Shown here piece after piece: positions 20,884-31,590 of a DNA stretch of 64,000 nt; within the stretch, counting starts at the first letter, position 1; the number at the start of each line of letters is the position of its first letter. The notes beneath the pieces are model-generated. The model was given only the letters and a program-made list of their open reading frames with translations. It did not search any database and was not told the origin of the DNA. The stretch covers positions 576,001 through 640,000 of the forward strand of contig CAVXTM010000018.1 in the NCBI GenBank assembly GCA_963764725.1, written 5' to 3'. Origin of the DNA: an uncultured Gammaproteobacteria bacterium. Its GTDB lineage: Bacteria > Pseudomonadota > Gammaproteobacteria > JACCXJ01. A program made the translations under genes and the position numbers.

Positions 20884-22038
20884 ATGCATAAATGTTATCG
20901 AGGGGCAGCCGTCGTTCTGCTCAGCGTACTGACTTTCCCTGCCGGTGCCGCCGAGACGAGTACCCGAGAGATCATGCACGATGTCTTTCAGTCGCTGCGC
21001 TATCTGCTCGGTTTTACCCTAGCCGAGGAGCGCTTCAACCGCCCGTCTGAGCGCCAGAGCGCTCGCGCGAAGCTGGATACCCTGCAGCGAGCAGCCGACC
21101 AGCTCCAAGCGCATGCGAGCGGCAAGGATGTCGGCTTCCAACTTCTGAGCGGCTCTCTTGTGGCTTCCGTCAACGAATTCAGTTACTTCTTCGACGAAAG
21201 CCATCAGGACGAGGCCCAGTATTTCTTGGTCGATATGATCCAAAATTGCGTGGCGTGTCACTCGCGGTTGCCGCGAGCGCGAGACTTTCCTCTGGGACAA
21301 CGGCTTTTCGATGGGTTGGACACGGGTTCCTTCTCCTTGCAGGACCGGGCGCTGCTCGAGGTCGCGGCGCGCCGATTCGATGATGCGCTGAGTACCTGGG
21401 AACAGCTGTTCCGGGATCCGGAGGTCGATCCCGTCGATCTGGATGTGGAAGGTAACCTCTTGGATTATCTGGTGACCGCCGTTCGCATATCGGATGACCT
21501 GGAACGCCCGCGCAACACCTTGGAGAGACTGATCTCGAGGCCCGACGTCCCATTCTTCATGCGCCATTACCTCCGTGCCTGGGCCGATGATCTGCGCAGC
21601 TTGGCGCCCGATCTCAAGGGCGAGGCCAGGTTGGAGAAGGCCCTGAGGCTGTTTCGGCGGGCGGGCCTCAAGGCCATCTTCCCAGGGAGCCGCGAGCAAA
21701 CAATCTACGACCTCGTCGCCTCGGCATTACTTTATCGATACCTCGGGGATTCGGGCCAACGCGCCGGTCCGGATCTCGCACAGGCGTATTACACGCTGGG
21801 CGTCATCGAGGCACGGAGCCTGGAGCGCGCCTGGCCAGCGCCGAAGGTCGAGCTGCACTTCGAAGCGGCGGTCCGCAGCGCGCCCTCGGGTCCGCTTGCG
21901 TTGAAGTCCTACGCGAATGTCGAGGAATACGTCCTCGAGGGCTTCGGATCGCCGGAGACACTCAAACGCCTGGAGGAACTCCGCCGGCTCCTCCACATAG
22001 GCGCGGATAAGAAGGATGCGTCCCGCCTGCAGATCTAG
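20884..22038 (+). CDS. Exported c-type cytochrome-like protein with helical C-terminal region
   Basis: Signal peptide ending AGA, single CVACH after a four-helix-like stretch; GGAGG RBS. Confidence 0.75.
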   Translation: MHKCYRGAAVVLLSVLTFPAGAAETSTREIMHDVFQSLRYLLGFTLAEERFNRPSERQSARAKLDTLQRAADQLQAHASGKDVGFQLLSGSLVASVNEFSYFFDESHQDEAQYFLVDMIQNCVACHSRLPRARDFPLGQRLFDGLDTGSFSLQDRALLEVAARRFDDALSTWEQLFRDPEVDPVDLDVEGNLLDYLVTAVRISDDLERPRNTLERLISRPDVPFFMRHYLRAWADDLRSLAPDLKGEARLEKALRLFRRAGLKAIFPGSREQTIYDLVASALLYRYLGDSGQRAGPDLAQAYYTLGVIEARSLERAWPAPKVELHFEAAVRSAPSGPLALKSYANVEEYVLEGFGSPETLKRLEELRRLLHIGADKKDASRLQI

Positions 22039-22386
22039 TGAACGACAGAGTGGCCGCGTCTCCACTTAAAGATAATCCACATGGGTCCATCGTCCGCTCG
22101 CAATCGCAATGCCGGCAGACTTAAATTGCGCCTGATCGCGATCGACGTCCCCCGCGGACGGGGTCGTGGAATTATGATACTGATCGGATGTGACGGCTCC
22201 GTCCGCCCCGGCCCTCTTATGCCACGAGATAGAAGGAGTAGCCGCGCGCCGAACCCGATAGTTAATGCGTTGCCCTAAGCGGGCGCGATGGCGGGCCTCT
22301 TTCGATACATCATGAAGTAGTAATAGCCGGCCGCCGCCAAGAAAACCGCGACCAGAAATATCACTAGCCAGTTGGTTTCCGCTGGA

Positions 22387-23979
22387 ATGCCACGGTCTGA
22401 GAACACGAAGGTCTACCTGGTCGGCAGCGGCGTCGGGAGTCTGGCCGCAGCCGTGTTTCTGGTCCGCGATGCTGGTGTACGCGGGGAAAACATCCACGTG
22501 CTGGAGCAGATGTCGATCGCCGGCGGTTCAATGGACGGTGCACCCGCGCCGACACCCGAGGGCGGCTACGTGACCCGCGGCGGCCGGATGTTCGAGGAGC
22601 TTCACTACGTCTGCCTGTGGGACCTGTTGGCGACGATCCCCAGCCTGGAGAATCCTGCCGTCTCGGTGCTCGACGAGATCCGCGCATTCAACAAGGCACA
22701 CGCGACCTACTCCAAGGCGCGGATCATTCTGAAGGACCGGTCCATCCCGGACGCCTCGAAGCTCGGCCTCGACGCGCGTGACGGGGCCGACATGACCCGG
22801 CTACTTGTTCTCCCGGAACGCATCATCGGTGCGCGCCGCATCGACGACTTCTTCCAGCCGCACTTTTTCGAGACCAACTTTTGGTGTATGTGGCGCACGA
22901 CTTTCGCGTTTCAGACCTGGCACTCTGCGATCGAGCTCAAGCGCTACTTCCGGTGCTTCATCCACATGTTCGACCAGATCCACACCCTTTCCCCCGTGCG
23001 CCGCAGCAAGTACAACCAATACGATTCGGTGATCCGGCCCATCCAGGCATGGCTGGAAAGCCACGGGGTGCATACCGAGTTCGGGGTGACCGTCACGGAC
23101 ATTCACTTCACGGGCTCGGGGGCGCGGCGGGTGTCGCGACTCCACCTAGACCGCGGCGACGACCGGTCCGAGGTCGTCAACCTCGGCACCGACGACTACG
23201 CGTTCATCACCATCGGGTCGATGACTGCCGACACGACCTATGGCGACAGCCGCATCGTCCCGCCGATCATCCGCGACAAGCGCGACGGTTCGTGGCGGCT
23301 GTGGGAGTCGATCGCCAAAAAAGCCGACGACTTCGGGCGCCCATACGCCTTCTGCGGAAACATCGAGGAAACGAAGTGGGAGTCGTTCACTCTCACGATG
23401 ACCGGCCGGACCCTCCTGGACCGCATCCAAGCGTACACCGGCAATGTCCCCGGCGAGGGCGCGCTTATGACCTGGAAGGACTCGCGATGGTTGCTGTCGA
23501 TCGTGGTCCCGGCGCAGCCGCACTTCGCGCACCAGCAGGACAACACCTACACCCTGTGGGGCTACGCGCTGTTCGGTGACGTGCCGGGCGACTACGTCGC
23601 TAAGAAGATGGACGATTGCACCGGCGCGGAGGTCCTGGACGAACTGCTCGGCCACCTCGGCTTCGACGACATTGCCGTCGAGGTCCGCCGGACCACGAAG
23701 GTCACCACCGTACAGATGCCGTACATCGACTCCCAGTTCCAGCGCCGGATCGTCACCGACCGCCCGCTCGTCGTACCCCAGGGCGCCGAAAACTTCGCCT
23801 TCCTCGGGCAGTTTGTCGAGATCCCCGCTGGCGTCGTCTTCACCGTCGAGTACTCGGTCCGCGGCGCGATGATGGCCGTCTACCACCACTTCGGCGTTGA
23901 CCGGAAGATCCCGCCGATCTACCACGGGCTTGCCGATCCGAAGATCGCCTGGTCGGCCCTGAAGACCGTCTTCGCCTGA
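22387..23979 (+). CDS. Oleate hydratase (myosin-cross-reactive antigen family)
   Basis: GSGVGSL, GGSMDG, RGGRM, FFETNFW, YNQYDS, VFTVEYSVR. Confidence 0.93.
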   Translation: MPRSENTKVYLVGSGVGSLAAAVFLVRDAGVRGENIHVLEQMSIAGGSMDGAPAPTPEGGYVTRGGRMFEELHYVCLWDLLATIPSLENPAVSVLDEIRAFNKAHATYSKARIILKDRSIPDASKLGLDARDGADMTRLLVLPERIIGARRIDDFFQPHFFETNFWCMWRTTFAFQTWHSAIELKRYFRCFIHMFDQIHTLSPVRRSKYNQYDSVIRPIQAWLESHGVHTEFGVTVTDIHFTGSGARRVSRLHLDRGDDRSEVVNLGTDDYAFITIGSMTADTTYGDSRIVPPIIRDKRDGSWRLWESIAKKADDFGRPYAFCGNIEETKWESFTLTMTGRTLLDRIQAYTGNVPGEGALMTWKDSRWLLSIVVPAQPHFAHQQDNTYTLWGYALFGDVPGDYVAKKMDDCTGAEVLDELLGHLGFDDIAVEVRRTTKVTTVQMPYIDSQFQRRIVTDRPLVVPQGAENFAFLGQFVEIPAGVVFTVEYSVRGAMMAVYHHFGVDRKIPPIYHGLADPKIAWSALKTVFA

Positions 23980-24202
23980 AGGACAGCCGGTCCCGATGAT
24001 GTCGAAATTCTGATACACGGCATCCGCGGTGCATACCAAGAGGAAGTCTCGCTGCTGTGCGGGGAAAAGTTCGATGAACTCGCCGAATTCGGGACGGCCC
24101 AACCCCGCTCAATGTGCCGGGTCAAGGAGTGCGAGACCCGGCATGGCCTCTGCGCGTGATAGCCGTCCCGCCACCTCAGGACGAAAAGGCGCGCTAGGCC
24201 GG

Positions 24203-25522
24203 CTAGAAACCCGTGACTCCGGCAGCTTCCCGCCCGCGGCGCTCGTTGACGGTAGCAAGCAAGGCGAGGCCCGCAATAAAAAAGAACGTTGTTGCGAGAA
24301 GCGCGAGCCGGTGATTCCCGCGGGAGGCGTGCGTGATCACACCGTAGGTGAGAGGGCCAATGATCGCCGCGAGCTTCCCGGCAAGGCCCCATAAGCCAAA
24401 GAACTCCGCAGCGCGCGCGGGAGGCGAGAACTGTCCGATGAGCGCGCGGCCGGCCGATTGACTCGATCCCAATGCGATGCCGATGAGATTCGCCACCACC
24501 CAAAAACCCGTGCGCTCCTCGATCCAAAAAGCAAGCACCAACGCGGCGATCCACACGAGCAAGGTCACCGCGAGCGTCCGTACCGATCCAAACCGATCTT
24601 GCACGAGACCGAAACCGAATGCGCCGACCGCCGCCGTGATATTGACCACCAGCACCATCACAATCGTTTCCTGAACGCCAAAGCCCATGACCTCTTGTGC
24701 GTATATCGCGGCCAGGACGACCACCGTGTTGATTCCACAATAGTAGACAGAGAGTGTCGCGAGAAAGCGGAAGAGATCGCGAAAGTGGTGAGCTTGCGAA
24801 AGCGTGAGCCGCACGCGCTTGAAGCCGGTACGCATATAGCTTTCAGAGGGCAAACGGGTCTGGGGCCGTGCGCGCTCATGTAACCAAAGAAACGTCGGGA
24901 TGGCGGCCGCGGCGAATGCTCCGGCCGTGATCCACATGCATACCGGGACGTACTGCGCCGGCATTTGGCCTTGGGCTTCCGCCCAACCAACGTAAAGCAG
25001 GCATAACCCGAGGACCAAGAGCCCCCCGAGGTAACCGAGCGCCCAACTGTAGCCTGAGATCTTTCCCATGATATCCTGGCGGGCGATCTCCGGGAGAAAG
25101 GCGGAGATCAAATTCTCACCCGTCGCGAACATGAAGCCCGAGAGGATCACAAGACCCATCCCGAGCTCCACCTCGCCCTTGCCGACGAGTCCTAGCATCG
25201 CGGTGAAAAGCGCGCAACCCACCGTGCTCAGCGCGAGGAAGCGCTTCTTACAGGCTCTGAAATCGGCCACGGCGCCGAGCACGGGTGCGCTCAGGAGCAC
25301 GAGGAGATTGGTCACACCCATAGCGATCGTCCAGAGCAGCGTCCCCTCCCCGGGAGCGTAACCTGCTCTCGTGGCCACTGTCGAGACAAAGTAGGCGTTG
25401 AAGATCGCGGTGAGCACCACGGTCGTATATCCCGAATTGGCGAAGTCATACATCGCCCAGGCGAAAATCTCGCGTCGACTGGCGGTAGGCGCCGGATCAA
25501 CCAATGGCAATTCTCGCATCAT
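24203..25522 (-). CDS. MFS transporter, Atg22/UMF1-like
   Basis: WAMYDFANSGYTTVV, ALGYLGG, QSAGRAL, EFFGLW. Confidence 0.9.
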   Translation of the reverse strand: MMRELPLVDPAPTASRREIFAWAMYDFANSGYTTVVLTAIFNAYFVSTVATRAGYAPGEGTLLWTIAMGVTNLLVLLSAPVLGAVADFRACKKRFLALSTVGCALFTAMLGLVGKGEVELGMGLVILSGFMFATGENLISAFLPEIARQDIMGKISGYSWALGYLGGLLVLGLCLLYVGWAEAQGQMPAQYVPVCMWITAGAFAAAAIPTFLWLHERARPQTRLPSESYMRTGFKRVRLTLSQAHHFRDLFRFLATLSVYYCGINTVVVLAAIYAQEVMGFGVQETIVMVLVVNITAAVGAFGFGLVQDRFGSVRTLAVTLLVWIAALVLAFWIEERTGFWVVANLIGIALGSSQSAGRALIGQFSPPARAAEFFGLWGLAGKLAAIIGPLTYGVITHASRGNHRLALLATTFFFIAGLALLATVNERRGREAAGVTGF

Positions 25523-25801
25523 CAGACCGTTGGGTGCGGCCGGTGAAATCGCATTTCGAGCAGTGGGGCCAGAGTCGCAACGACCAAGGCACAAGCCAAT
25601 GATCGGCGACGACGCCGGCGGCGATCAAGACTGTGAACATAAAATCAGCGAATTGCCCCGGGTAACGGGTTGTACCTATTGCTCATAGCATCCATCAAGC
25701 TGTTGGAGATTCCGGAACGATCTCAAAATCGCCATGCTAAAGTAAACGCTTCAGTAGTTCGGTCGCATTGCTTTAACGTAATCAATAAAGCCAGTCGAGC
25801 C

Positions 25802-27544
25802 ATGCCCGAGTACACCCATGTTCCGCACTTAAGGGAGATCATCCTCTTCCTGGCATTATCCGGGATCCTCATACCGCTGCTACAGAGATACCGCTTCAGT
25901 CAATCACTCGGTTTTCTTACAGCAGGGGTGTTGTTTGGCCCCTTTGGCCTCGGACTTTTCACCCAGGAGATCCCATGGCTGCAATATCTTACTTTTCCGC
26001 GGGTTGAGGAAGTACGTGTCCTCGCCGATCTGGGAGTGGTTTTCCTGCTTTTCACCATCGGGCTCGAGCTCTCCACTGAACGGTTGTGGGCATTGCGCCG
26101 CTGGGTGTTCGGCGCCGGATTGCTGCAGGTGTCTTTTACCGCCGCGCTGATCGGCGGCATCGCTTATGGTTTTGGCAACTCTTGGGAAGCGGCGCTAATC
26201 CTTGGCCTTGTCTTCTCGCTCTCGTCAACGGCGATGGTCACGCAATTGCTCGTGGAGCGCAAGGAAATGGGGTCTCCCCTCGGCCGGGCAAGCCTCGCGA
26301 TCCTGCTGCTTCAGGACTTGGCGGTGGTTCCCTTGTTGGTCCTGCTCAACATCCTTGGTACCCGAGAGGACGGGAGTTTTCTGGCGCTGCTAGGCCTGGC
26401 CCTGTTCAAGACCACACTGGCAATGACGGGGATTGTCTTACTAGGGCGCCTGCTTTTACGCCCTCTGTTCCATCACGTCTCGGCGACGCGCCAGCCGGAC
26501 ACCTTCATGGCGGTGACCATGCTGGCTACGCTCGGCACAGCCAGCTTGACCTCGGCGGCAGGACTTTCGATGGGGTTAGGTGCGTTCCTGGCCGGGCTGT
26601 TGCTCGCCGAAACCGAGTATCGCCATGAGGTTCAAGTCACGATCGAGCCCTTCAAGGGGCTGTTCATGGGGCTTTTCTTCATGTCGGTCGGCATGGGCGT
26701 CAACCTGCGCGCGCTGCTCGCCGCGCCGGTGCTTATTCCGCTGTCCGTGCTCGGCATGTTTTTGGTCAAAGCGCCTGTGATTGCATTTCTTTGTAGTCGC
26801 TTTGGTCTTTCGCCGGGTCGATCGGTGGAGGCCGCCCTATTGCTCGGGCAAGGCGGCGAGTTTGGTTTTATCGCGCTCGGCATGGCCATGAGCTACGATC
26901 TGCTCGCGCCGGACGTGGGGCAATTCATGCTATTGGTAATAGCGTTCAGCATGATAGCCACGCCCCTGTTTGCGAAGGTCGGACGGATACTCGGGCAACG
27001 TATAGACGCCAGACGAGCGTCTCAGACCACATTGCCCGGGGAAGAAGCGCCTGCGGAGCTGGAGGGCCACATCGTTCTTGCCGGCTTTGGCCGGGTCGGG
27101 CAATTGCTGGGACAATTGTTCGAGCAGCAGAACATCCCTCATCTCGCGTTTGAACGGGACGCCAAGGTGGTTGCGGAGATGCGCGCACAGCGCCTGCCAG
27201 TGTATTACGGTGATGCAAGCCGCCCGGACCTGTGGCGGCGCGTCGCGCTAGAGCGCGCGCAAGCCGTAGTCATTACCATGGACCAAGCGGCCCCCGCCTT
27301 ACATGCCGTATCCGCCATCCGTAGAGAGTATCCTGACATCAAGATCTACGCCCGGGCACGGGATGAAAAACATGCGTTAATCCTCAAACAAGCCGGGGCC
27401 ACCGCCGTGATTCCGGAGACACTCGAATCGGGTCTGCAACTCGCCTCTTTCGTGCTCTCCGGGCTTGGAATACCCGAAGAAGCCTGCACCCTCGTGATCC
27501 AACAGGAGCGGGAAAGGCGTATCCTTTCATTCCGCAACGAGTGA
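25802..27544 (+). CDS. CPA2/Kef-type cation:proton antiporter with TrkA-N domain
   Basis: LGVVFLLFTIGLE, LLLQDLAVVP, GFGRVGQ, YYGDAS. Confidence 0.93.
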   Translation: MPEYTHVPHLREIILFLALSGILIPLLQRYRFSQSLGFLTAGVLFGPFGLGLFTQEIPWLQYLTFPRVEEVRVLADLGVVFLLFTIGLELSTERLWALRRWVFGAGLLQVSFTAALIGGIAYGFGNSWEAALILGLVFSLSSTAMVTQLLVERKEMGSPLGRASLAILLLQDLAVVPLLVLLNILGTREDGSFLALLGLALFKTTLAMTGIVLLGRLLLRPLFHHVSATRQPDTFMAVTMLATLGTASLTSAAGLSMGLGAFLAGLLLAETEYRHEVQVTIEPFKGLFMGLFFMSVGMGVNLRALLAAPVLIPLSVLGMFLVKAPVIAFLCSRFGLSPGRSVEAALLLGQGGEFGFIALGMAMSYDLLAPDVGQFMLLVIAFSMIATPLFAKVGRILGQRIDARRASQTTLPGEEAPAELEGHIVLAGFGRVGQLLGQLFEQQNIPHLAFERDAKVVAEMRAQRLPVYYGDASRPDLWRRVALERAQAVVITMDQAAPALHAVSAIRREYPDIKIYARARDEKHALILKQAGATAVIPETLESGLQLASFVLSGLGIPEEACTLVIQQERERRILSFRNE

Positions 27545-27768
27545 GCCGGTAATCGACACCTCAAGGTCGCCCTTGGCGACCTTTCGCCATTTCATGGCGG
27601 AACACAACCATCAAAGGCATCGAAAACAGAATAATCCAGCTTTCCAACATTGTTGCCTTTACCGATACGTCGATTAGTGTCGCGATGGGCTCGGCGGCAT
27701 GTTGAAGTATTACTATCGGGAGGCAGCTTGAATTAGCAAGCACGATCCTGAATTTGGACCATACGGGT

Positions 27769-27839
27769 TTGACACCCCTCAGGTTCAGCAGTACTTTCAC
27801 TTCTTAAAAAAAAGAGCGTTTTAAAAAATCCTATACGTC
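27769..27839 (+). mobile_element. Orphan IS91/ISCR oriIS-like end with outward promoter
   Basis: TTGACA-N17-TACTTT then GCGTTTTAAAAAATCCTATACGTC. Confidence 0.55.
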
Positions 27840-27939
27840 GCGCCGTCGTCGTTTGTGACGTACGACGTGACAGCTTTCGTCACGCCTGGCGAAACGTCGA
27901 AACGTGCGGCGAGGACAGGCACAGCGGCAATAGACCCTG

Positions 27940-28983
27940 ATGACAGAACAGAAGAGCAATTCCGCGGAAGCACGTTGTCTGGCTCTTATTGTGGCGTTTC
28001 TCAGCGCCCTGGTGTTGGATGTCGCCATGGCGCAGGAGGACGAGGGGCAGGTCCCCGGAAAACCGCGACAGGAGGGTCCTAACCCACCCGTCACTGTTAA
28101 GCTTCGGGGGAACCTCTTAAGCGTCAGGCTGCGTAATGCGGCCTGGGAAACTGTACTAATGAAGCTTCAGCGCCAGACGGGGATTGTAATCGAGACGAAT
28201 GGCAAGCTGAGCGGAGCAATGACTGCCGAGTTTGAGAATCGGCCTTTGGAGGAAGCGATCGAAGGTCTTTTCCGTGATTTCAATCGGGTGTCGTTCTATG
28301 CGGAAGGAGCGGCAGGAGAGGCCTTCCGGGGAAGGTTGACTCATGTGCTGTTACTTCCTAAAACCGGAGCCTCAGCCACAACACAAGCGTCTAACCCGTC
28401 TGCAGAAGTGGCTCCGGTGAAATCGCCGTGGGATCCTGAGATGGACCGCGCGGCTCGGCTCCAGCGTCTGGATGAGCCCTCGATCGCAGGGGATAGCGAA
28501 GCATTACAGGAAGCCCTCGCTGATCCCGACCGAGACGTTCAGGCGAAGGCCCTGGAGATTCTGCTCGCCCGGGAGGGGCCGGGCGCGCTCGATCGGCTGG
28601 TCGCGCTCACCAAGAGTGACGATAGCGCAATCCAACTCCAGGCGCTTACTCTCTTGAACGAGAGCGGCCACGTTGACGAGGTGACAGCCTTGTCGGCTCT
28701 GGGTAACGCAGTGAGCAACACCGAGCGGAACGTCAAGGAATATGCAATCGAGTCCCTCGCGCGGCGTTCGGACTCCCAGGCGCTAGAATATCTCAGCCAA
28801 GTGTCTTTTGACCCGGATCCGAATGTCCGCATGACTGTTCTTGAGAATGTTGCTCAATACGGCGGGCGGACAGCTCTCCTTCAACAGGCGCTCTCGGATG
28901 AGGACGAAAAAGTGCGCACCTTAGCTGCTTTCTTGCTGAAACAGCTCACAAAAGCAAGGCAATCTCCGTTTAACAACCCATGA
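27940..28983 (+). CDS. Exported protein, N0/STN-like N-domain plus HEAT repeats
   Basis: Signal ending AMA; LSVRLRNAAWETVLMKLQRQTGI...PLEEAIEGLF; ALADPDRDVQ, DPDPNVR, DEDEKVR repeats. Confidence 0.8.
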   Translation: MTEQKSNSAEARCLALIVAFLSALVLDVAMAQEDEGQVPGKPRQEGPNPPVTVKLRGNLLSVRLRNAAWETVLMKLQRQTGIVIETNGKLSGAMTAEFENRPLEEAIEGLFRDFNRVSFYAEGAAGEAFRGRLTHVLLLPKTGASATTQASNPSAEVAPVKSPWDPEMDRAARLQRLDEPSIAGDSEALQEALADPDRDVQAKALEILLAREGPGALDRLVALTKSDDSAIQLQALTLLNESGHVDEVTALSALGNAVSNTERNVKEYAIESLARRSDSQALEYLSQVSFDPDPNVRMTVLENVAQYGGRTALLQQALSDEDEKVRTLAAFLLKQLTKARQSPFNNP

Positions 28984-29025
28984 TAGTGGTGATTTAACCC
29001 TAACCCAAATAAGGAAGGAGAGCTC

Positions 29026-29499
29026 ATGAGAAGCAGATCCAAGATTTGGCTTATGAACGTTGTAGCGACATGTGTGTCGTTGTTGCTAGGCACGACACCT
29101 GTTGTGTTGGCCGCCGTAGTACACGAGTCTGTGGGAATGTCGATCAATGCCGTGGACGTGTGGTTCCTTACCTGCACCGATGCAACCATCGGCACCACGG
29201 TGAGGGCAAGCGTCACTGACACTGGGGGAGTCGATGGAACGCGTATTTATCTACACATGGCCAATACCGCCACCAGCAGTGCCCTTCACCAAACACGCAA
29301 AACGACTGCTCCTGACGGGGGGACGTCAACTACGGTCATCGTTAAAACCGTTGAAACGGGGTCTTTTCGTCCAGCCCACATTAGCGTTAGCAGGCACGTT
29401 GGCAGCTCAACATCTGAGGCTTATACCCTCAATGCCCGTTGTACGAATTTTTCGGGAGCAACTGCCCCGCACACTCTAACCCTGATCCGGGACCAGTAG
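29026..29499 (+). CDS. Small secreted Thr/Ser-rich protein with two Cys
   Basis: Signal ending VLA, beta-rich, ends RDQ; strong RBS. Confidence 0.8.
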   Translation: MRSRSKIWLMNVVATCVSLLLGTTPVVLAAVVHESVGMSINAVDVWFLTCTDATIGTTVRASVTDTGGVDGTRIYLHMANTATSSALHQTRKTTAPDGGTSTTVIVKTVETGSFRPAHISVSRHVGSSTSEAYTLNARCTNFSGATAPHTLTLIRDQ

Positions 29500-29680
29500 T
29501 TTTAGGAGGTCTCCAGTCCTTTCGTCTGCCGCTAACCTCAAACGCTTAAAGATCCCCACAAATTTCATGTGTCATTTGCGGTAGAAATGAGGGTATTAAC
29601 AGCAGTTAAAGTCGCGACGGTATCGTAGCGGCTGCAGACACTCGCGACGGCGTGGTCGCGAACTGCGACGAGACAGATAA

Positions 29681-30241
29681 GTGGAAATGAATGACATGCA
29701 AAAAAAATGGGCCGATTTGAAACGGACAATTGTCCACGAACTAATCGAGTACTGGATCAATTTCGGGTATCTGGCTTTTTTCCTGGTTGCGTTTATCTGG
29801 TATCGCCGCTTGGTCCTGGCCGAATATCAGGTCCAATACACGGATTACTGGTTTCCCCTGATCGAGGCGGCAGTCTTGGCCAAAGTGATCATGATAGGAG
29901 ATTACCTGCGAGTAGGTCGGGGGCTGGAGCAAAAGCCGCTGATCCTGCCCACACTTTACCGGACGGTTATGTTCAGCGTGTGGGTGGGGATTTTTAGCGT
30001 GCTGGAGGAAACCGTCCGAGGGCTGCTCCACGGGAACGGACTAGCGAGCGGCGTTGAGGAGATAGCGAGCAGAGGCTGGTACGAATTACTCTCGCGATGC
30101 ATTGTGATTTTTGTGGCCTTCATTCCCTTCTTCTCGTTCAAGGAATTGGAACGGGTGCTGGGCCCGGAACAACTCCGAGCGCTTTTCTGGAGGCGAGGAG
30201 CGCCAGGTATTGTCCCGAAGACACCGTCCTTTACCAAGTAG
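29681..30241 (+). CDS. Hypothetical membrane protein
   Basis: Four hydrophobic segments; 3' end runs into IS91-type sequence. Confidence 0.75.
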   Translation: MEMNDMQKKWADLKRTIVHELIEYWINFGYLAFFLVAFIWYRRLVLAEYQVQYTDYWFPLIEAAVLAKVIMIGDYLRVGRGLEQKPLILPTLYRTVMFSVWVGIFSVLEETVRGLLHGNGLASGVEEIASRGWYELLSRCIVIFVAFIPFFSFKELERVLGPEQLRALFWRRGAPGIVPKTPSFTK

Positions 30242-31000
30242 TCCAAGAGCACCTCGACAGCTTTTGGCCCAAGTCGAAGCCGAGACCGGATCGAGCCTAC
30301 CCGAGTTTGTCGCGGCGGAATTCGATGCCTTTCTGGAATGCGGCATCCTTGCCCATGGCTTTCTACGCCTACGCTGCGCCGACTGTGCCCATGAAAAGCT
30401 CGTCGCTTTTTCGTGTAAGGAGCGGGGCTTCTGCCCGAGCTGTGGCGCCCCGGCGTATGGTGGAAACCGTCGCCCACCTGGTCGATCACATCATCCCCCC
30501 GGGTACCGGTGCGGCAATGGGTGCTCTCGTTTCCCATCCCGCTGCACTTGCTGTTCGCTGCTCACCCCGAGCTGCTCACACCGGTCTTGCAGATAGTCCA
30601 CCGGGTGATTTCCACGTTTCTGATCCAACAAGCGGGACTCAAGCGCGCCGAAGCCCAGAGCGGCGCCGTCACGCTGATACAACGCTTCGGATCGACGGCC
30701 AATTTAAACATACATTCACACTGCCTAGTCCTTGATGGAGTTTATTGCACCCCGTGCGTGCTACCCCACGACCGGAAAACTGCAGAGCTTACTCAATCAG
30801 ATCATACGGCGCCTCATGCGCTTACTGACCCGCCAAGGCTATCTCGTAGAAGAGCAGGGAATACCGACCTAGCCGACCCCGATCCCGATAGCGCCTTGAC
30901 GCCCCTGCAAGCGGCGGCCTGCACCTACCGTATCGCCTTCGGGCTGCGCGCGGGGCAAAAAGTACTGACCTTGCAGAGCGTTCCGAACCGAATGACGCCG
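30205..31000 (+). mobile_element. IS91/ISCR-type transposase, N-terminal part, frameshifted
   Basis: FLECGILAHGF, FSCKERGFCPSCG, RQWVLSFP, IQRFGS.NLNIH.HCLVLDGVY (HUH). Confidence 0.88.
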
Positions 31001-31147
31001 GTCGGACCGCGCGGCTCGCTACCTGGCGCAGTGGCACCTCACGGGTTTTGGTATTGACACTCACTCGCAGAAGAATTACCGTGTGATTCGTGCCAGTTTG
31101 GTGTACGGAGAGCGGGAGGGGAGAACATTGCAATAAGGAGAGTAAAA

Positions 31148-31495
31148 ATGAAACGACCGCTATTCCCTATCGCTCTCAGCCTCAGCCTCGCTACTGTCCC
31201 CACCTTTGCTCAGAGGAAGCCGTGGCGGCCAACGCCGCCGGCAAAACTGTTCACTTGCATGGTTTTGCTCCTTTTACTATTCTCCTCTGAAACTGTGCTA
31301 GCAGATAGCTTCGTATGTGGCACGAAGATCATTCAGAGTGGGTTGAGGGTCGCACTTACCGAGTTTGAGGTGACCAGAGATTGTGGGGGCCCTGTTGCTG
31401 TGAGAGGGAATCAATGGATTTACGTGCAACCTGACAAGAGTTTAGTCATACTTGTGTTTAATGATGCGGGACTGACGGCCATTTTCAAGCGCTAA
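31148..31495 (+). CDS. Small exported protein, DUF2845-like
   Basis: ADSFVCGTKII...CGGP...WIY; N-terminus seems to carry two signal-like segments. Confidence 0.55.
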   Translation: MKRPLFPIALSLSLATVPTFAQRKPWRPTPPAKLFTCMVLLLLLFSSETVLADSFVCGTKIIQSGLRVALTEFEVTRDCGGPVAVRGNQWIYVQPDKSLVILVFNDAGLTAIFKR

Positions 31496-31590
31496 CTGTG
31501 GGTGCGGTTTTGGGGGACACCGCGCGTCAGGGTGAAAGGTGGACGTGATCGACCGGTATCGAGCTTGCGCGCCTAGATCGTTTCGTCCGC

